The notes below the pieces were generated by a model. That model saw only the letters and a program-made list of their open reading frames with translations, was not told where the DNA came from and ran no database searches. The position numbers and the translations under genes were made by a program. A stretch of DNA of 63,757 bases, the filler included, from Salisapilia sapeloensis CBS 127946 (Eukaryota; Protista; Oomycota): the NCBI GenBank assembly GCA_023334545.1. It is 13 parts of 13 records of this genome, joined end to end, with 100 filler letters (N's around TTAATTAATTAA, not from the genome) between each part and the next. Parts side by side here need not be neighbours in the genome. Positions count along the whole stretch, not along the records: positions 51,978 to 60,308 come from JAADVB010000495.1; positions 60,409 to 62,192 come from JAADVB010001044.1; positions 62,293 to 63,757 come from JAADVB010001136.1; 10 more parts are not named here. One strand, 5' to 3'. Of the stretch, positions 59,165-63,757 are shown one piece after another (the stretch's first letter is position 1; every line of letters begins with the position of its first letter).

Positions 59165-60308
59165 ATGAGATCCGGCGACTCTACCAAGACCTCTTTTCCT
59201 AAAAACGACCAATTTCCGGATGAATTTTACGTCGAGCACCCAAGACAGACCTCCACTGTCACTTGGAAGGATGCATTCGCCCACAAACGCTTATCGACCT
59301 TGCACAGGAACAAGGCGTAAAGCTGCCAACGTATGACGCAAAGGAGCTTAACACCACTGTCTTTAAAGAGACGTACGATAGTTTGAAAGAGTATCTCGAG
59401 TGCTTTAGCTATACGTGTGCTGTCCTTGGTAAGACTGACGCCTTGGAACGTGTGGTATACGAGCTCGGATGCGACCAATATGCCATCAGTGTCCGGTACT
59501 TTGAGGCTCGCTTCGCACCACAATTGGTGGTTGATCCAGGTAGAATGTATCTAGAGGAAATGCTTGCTAGTGTCAAAAATGGACTGAAGCGAGCTGCTCA
59601 GGAATACAATAAGGGGCAAGAAGTAGTCGATGGTATTGCGCCCAAGTACGACTACGGCATCATCGTATATGCCATGCGCTACTTTAACGCCAACATGGGT
59701 CCATACTATAAGCATTTCTGTGAAGTCCATTGCTCCGAAGACAACCATCGTCTCTATGGCTTGGCGTCCATGGCACTCGTGACGCAGGCGTACGAGGTCA
59801 AGGAACGACTCGGCATTCCGATCGTGGCGCTGGATATTGCAGGCACAGAGAACGGATATCCGGCGCAAGATCACGCTGAAGCATATGACTTTGCTCACAA
59901 GAAGTTTTTGAATAAAACGGTGCATGCAGGCGAGAGCTATGGTCCGGAAAGTGTCTTCCAAGCGCTCACGGACCTCCATGCTGATCGTATCGGTCACGGT
60001 TTCCACTTGTTCCATGCTCATGAGATTAAAAAGGAGATGAGTGAGAAAGAGAAGGAGGAGTATTGCCATAAGATTGTGCAGTATCTAGGTGATAAGCGAA
60101 CGTGTATCGAGGTCTGTGTTTCCAGTAACCTACAGACTGTCCCTGCGATGAACCACGATGCGTCCAAGCACCCGATTCGCCGCATGATCGATAACAAGCT
60201 AGCTGTGTCTCTGTCTACGGACAATTGCACCGTGTCGCACACGAACATGCTGCGAGAAGTGCGTCTCGCATGCGACGCCTTCCGCTTGACGCCGCACGAA
60301 CTCAAACG
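59165..60308 (+). CDS. ADA: Adenosine deaminase family protein, 3'-truncated, with an apparent 1-nt frameshift near 59226
   Basis: [40 protein letters not shown] and STDN motifs. Confidence 0.88.
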
Positions 60309-60408
60309 NNNNNNNNNNNNNNNNNNNNNNNNNNNNNNNNNNNNNNNNNNNNTTAATTAATTAANNNNNNNNNNNNNNNNNNNNNNNNNNNNNNNNNNNN
60401 NNNNNNNN

Positions 60409-60549
60409 TCCGACAGGGAGAAGCCTTCGTATGCGTCTGCTGCCCATGATGTCGCCATGAATTCGAGCTTAGTGTCGGCTTGCTAATTTGTAAATGGAAT
60501 TAAGGTGCTATGCCAATCGATCAGGTGCAGACGATGCTGCGGGAAACAT
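60409..60549. repeat. 141-bp perfect inverted repeat, paired with 62052-62192
   Basis: The contig ends are exact reverse complements, and weaker similarity continues ~35 nt inward. Confidence 0.97.
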
Positions 60550-62142
60550 GACTGTCGTGCTTTATGCATCGTCCTTTCTGTCGCGTCTGTCTTGTCTTGC
60601 GCTAGATTGGGTGTCCTACCTCGGACAGAAACAAGGTCAACGTAGCTGAAATTCGTAGACTTGTGAAGGTTCAATTGCAATCAAATTTATCTGAAAGATG
60701 AGCCCCTGAGCAAACGATACCTGCCCTTGTTCGTATCAAGATAGTGCTGTTTGAGCTGCCTATCCAACTTTACATCTACCTCTGAGACTTACCAAAATTG
60801 AGTTCAACTGTTAAAAAGAAGATGAAAGTGATTTCGGTGAAATGCAGGAATAGCAGGATGCAAGGTACGATAGATGATGAATCCAAACAATGAGAGAACA
60901 ATTTTATCTCGTGCCAGTCACTTGATGTTCTCTTGCTCTCTGATTGCGGCCATCTTTGTACCTCTCGAATGCAGTAAAGACAAGTCTCATCTTTCTCGTA
61001 GTAATTGCTGATAATAGCTGACCCAGACGTCGAGTAAACAATATACATCACGTTGATCAATTTGTGCTCTCCTCTTCGTCGAATGCGACTGTCTTTGTAA
61101 CTTCCGAGGGAAATGAAGCCAAGACTGAATGACAAAAAGGGAGTAAGTAATGGTATCTTCAACCAGATTACTGGTAATCCAGTTCTTTTGGGCTCAGTGG
61201 AAACTCGATGCTAGGGCATTTAAAGCACTCATAGTCTGGTGTAATGAGGCATTGCTTACTAATAGTATACCAGAGAAAGACAGAAAGATTGATGCCAGCT
61301 AATTGCTGAAGCTCAGGGTGAAAAGGCAAATAAAATCAATGACTTCCAGATGTATATGGCGCGATACTCGGTTTCCTTACCGCTTGAACACACAAAAACA
61401 AGTGGAAAAAGGGAAAGCAAGCTGTATTTAGTGCAGTGAAGTGCTTGATCCTGTGGGCTGAGAAATATTTGTGCTTTATTCACCTGGACATCACTATGTT
61501 AATACGCCCTGAAACGAGCTCTAGTGCAGTGAGTTGGCTACCACCATGGCTGTAGAATGACCTACCTCTAATTGTTTGCTAAGAAGATTCCACCCACCTA
61601 AGGCGCTTTTACTGCTAATGTCATTTTGAACTCGCGCTTCGTTATGTTCATACCGTTTCCAGCTTCATTATTGTACAAGTGTCAGGTAAATTTAAGCAGT
61701 CCAACAACAAGCTCACTCACTATCGGGAGGTTGAGAAGAGTGGTATTTGACCCCATCCCCTCAGGTATTACAAAGGCACGTGCAGTTGAAGAACAGGAGT
61801 GTATTGAGTGACCGGCACGATGACATATCGTTTCCTCGTCAGTTGGGGATATCATCTTTGGACTCCCATGGTGTGATGTTCGTGTAGCTCACCGATATCA
61901 TGCGCCCAGGTACTATTTGAGTACCTAATAAAAAAGACAGATTTGATCTCTAAATCATATGCTATATTTTGGTTTTTATCCAAGATATATTACAAAAGCT
62001 GCAACGAAGCAAAGCAATCTGATAGAGGGCGATACACTCAGCACGTCAGAAATGTTTCCCGCAGCATCGTCTGCACCTGATCGATTGGCATAGCACCTTA
62101 ATTCCATTTACAAATTAGCAAGCCGACACTAAGCTCGAATTC

Positions 62143-62192
62143 ATGGCGACATCATGGGCAGCAGACGCATACGAAGGCTTCTCCCTGTCGGA
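62143..62192 (+). CDS. Putative 5' end of an unidentified gene read outward in the inverted arm (mirror copy at 60458-60409, minus strand)
   Basis: ATG then MATSWAADAYEGFSLS. Differences from the homologous arm in the next contig are mostly synonymous in this frame. Confidence 0.4.
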
Positions 62193-62292
62193 NNNNNNNN
62201 NNNNNNNNNNNNNNNNNNNNNNNNNNNNNNNNNNNNTTAATTAATTAANNNNNNNNNNNNNNNNNNNNNNNNNNNNNNNNNNNNNNNNNNNN

Positions 62293-62433
62293 GCGTCTGA
62301 GAGTGAAAAGTCTTCATATGCGTCGGCAGTCCATGGCGTCGTCATGACTGAGTCTTATATGCGTGCTAATGTGGAAATGACATGAAGACGCTGTGTCAAA
62401 TCTTCAGGTGGAGACGATACGGCGGCAATCACT
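62293..62433. repeat. 141-bp perfect inverted repeat, paired with 63617-63757
   Basis: The contig ends are exact reverse complements and are clearly homologous to the arm of the preceding contig. Confidence 0.97.
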
Positions 62434-62472
62434 ACATGCGTGCTTTAGAAGCCAACCTCTCTGTTTTTAGAT

Positions 62473-62546
62473 TTCCCTCGTGTTAGGTATGTTACAGTAC
62501 CTAGAACAGAAAAGCGGATGATTAGATTAAGCACTCGTAGACTCGT
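62473..62546. repeat. Inner 74-bp inverted repeat, paired with 63502-63575 (2 mismatches)
   Basis: ttccctcgtgttaggtatgttacagtacctag(a/g)acagaaaagcggatgattagattaagcactcgtag(a/g)ctcgt. Confidence 0.93.
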
Positions 62547-63704
62547 GACGACCAGTGATCAACGTTATCCATCATATACGCTGAAAGTACCTGAGAAAAT
62601 TGTGTCGTCGAGCTGACATTATTGGGTTTTCCAAAAGTGGATCTATTCTACTAGCCGATACAATAGTGCGACCAATATGTAGGGCTGTGCAAAGATAAAT
62701 AAGTGTCAGAAAATGTTCCAACAAATAAATTTGATTATTAATTGTTCTTTAGAATAGCCTCAGTTTCCTAATCAAATTTGCGGTAAGATTACTCAATGTA
62801 CGAGTCTAAAGATCAAAGCAAGCGTGCATTTGTCTGTTAATTCTATTTTTCGTGAGTAAATAAGATATATTTATAACAGTCCTGCTGTCATGCCAAAATG
62901 GGGCTATCCGAAAAGAGTGACTACTTTCCGCCTTGTCTAAAATACCAACAGTGTGAACCCTTAGTATTCGTATACCCCAAGTGGGGAGTCGTATAGAGCG
63001 TTCATTTTCGTAGCTTCTAGCAAGGTTTGTTGTAGTAAGCGGAATGGAGGAGCAGCGTGTTGAAGTTAGATCGAAAGTAGCTTCAAATTTCAATCGGAAG
63101 ACTAGAAGGGTGACAATCACAAGAACACCTATTCATAAGACCATAGTAAATAGTTGAGATTGAGTGGGGTTCCAAAAGACCTACTTCATCATTTGTGAGG
63201 TTTAAATGAAGAGGCCTCCACTTTTGACATCTCTGTCCCACTTTTGTCTCGATTACTAGAATATACTTCTCTTTTATGAAAAGCTCGAAGTTGTTGATGA
63301 CCAGCAAACAACATCACAACGTATCGGAGACTTGAAAGCAATAGCGGATGTACTTGGTAAAGCTGCCTTGCCAAACTTCCTCATGCTATTCTAAATAAGT
63401 TATCTGTGTTTGATGATTATAAGGCCCATAAATATTTTATAATGAGATTATACGGGCAGTGCTTACTACCAATCAACGGTATCACTAGCTACCTCGCCAT
63501 AACGAGCCTACGAGTGCTTAATCTAATCATCCGCTTTTCTGTCCTAGGTACTGTAACATACCTAACACGAGGGAAGCGAAATCAGACAGAAACGATGATA
63601 TATAAAGTACGTCAGCAGTGATTGCCGCCGTATCGTCTCCACCTGAAGATTTGACACAGCGTCTTCATGTCATTTCCACATTAGCACGCATATAAGACTC
63701 AGTC

Positions 63705-63757
63705 ATGACGACGCCATGGACTGCCGACGCATATGAAGACTTTTCACTCTCAGACGC
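63705..63757 (+). CDS. Putative 5' end of a paralogous unidentified gene (mirror copy at 62345-62293, minus strand)
   Basis: ATG then MTTPWTADAYEDFSLSD. Confidence 0.4.
   Translation, partial: MTTPWTADAYEDFSLSD

Noticed and set aside
60409-63757. Transposons with exactly 141-bp TIRs
   Set aside because: The same length at the unrelated NMT contig indicates an assembler k-mer overlap. No true termini, TSDs or transposase are visible.

Overview
This is eukaryotic, intron-containing DNA, almost certainly from an oomycete draft assembly. The evidence is a PL1 pectin lyase, an AA17-like secreted protein, oomycete helicase-associated repeats, and short GT-AG introns. It is not one locus: 13 contigs are joined by 12 artificial 100-nt linkers (N44-TTAATTAATTAA-N44), so gene order is only meaningful within a contig. 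Most contigs carry compactly packed housekeeping genes. These include CSC1/OSCA, NOL9, an RCC1-repeat gene, an RMT2-like methyltransferase, glutaredoxin, PP1, a PX-AGC kinase, beta-mannosidase, MDH, MOG1, RUVBL1, TOM70, a TPT transporter, an S28 peptidase, NDUFA2, a TTBK-like kinase, NMT x2, Cfa, MIC19, a FadE-type ACAD and adenosine deaminase. Strongest leads: (1) A 5.38-kb contig bounded by a 103-bp direct repeat. It holds Harbinger relics, an organelle-style tRNA-Asn, a decayed SET gene and a Crypton (NDC10_II + GCR1_C) relic. Directly 3' of the Crypton ORF lies a five-unit array of two short conserved motifs at a fixed 75-77 nt spacing, with variable interiors. (2) Three contigs that appear to be the central spacers of head-to-head palindromic gene pairs with homogenised outer arms: one NMT pair and two pairs of an unidentified gene family. 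(3) An AA17 LPMO-like protein that has lost its histidine brace. Several contig ends carry repeats of exactly 141 bp, which points to a k=141 de Bruijn assembly breaking at repeats. All homology calls are by motif recognition only; no searches were run.
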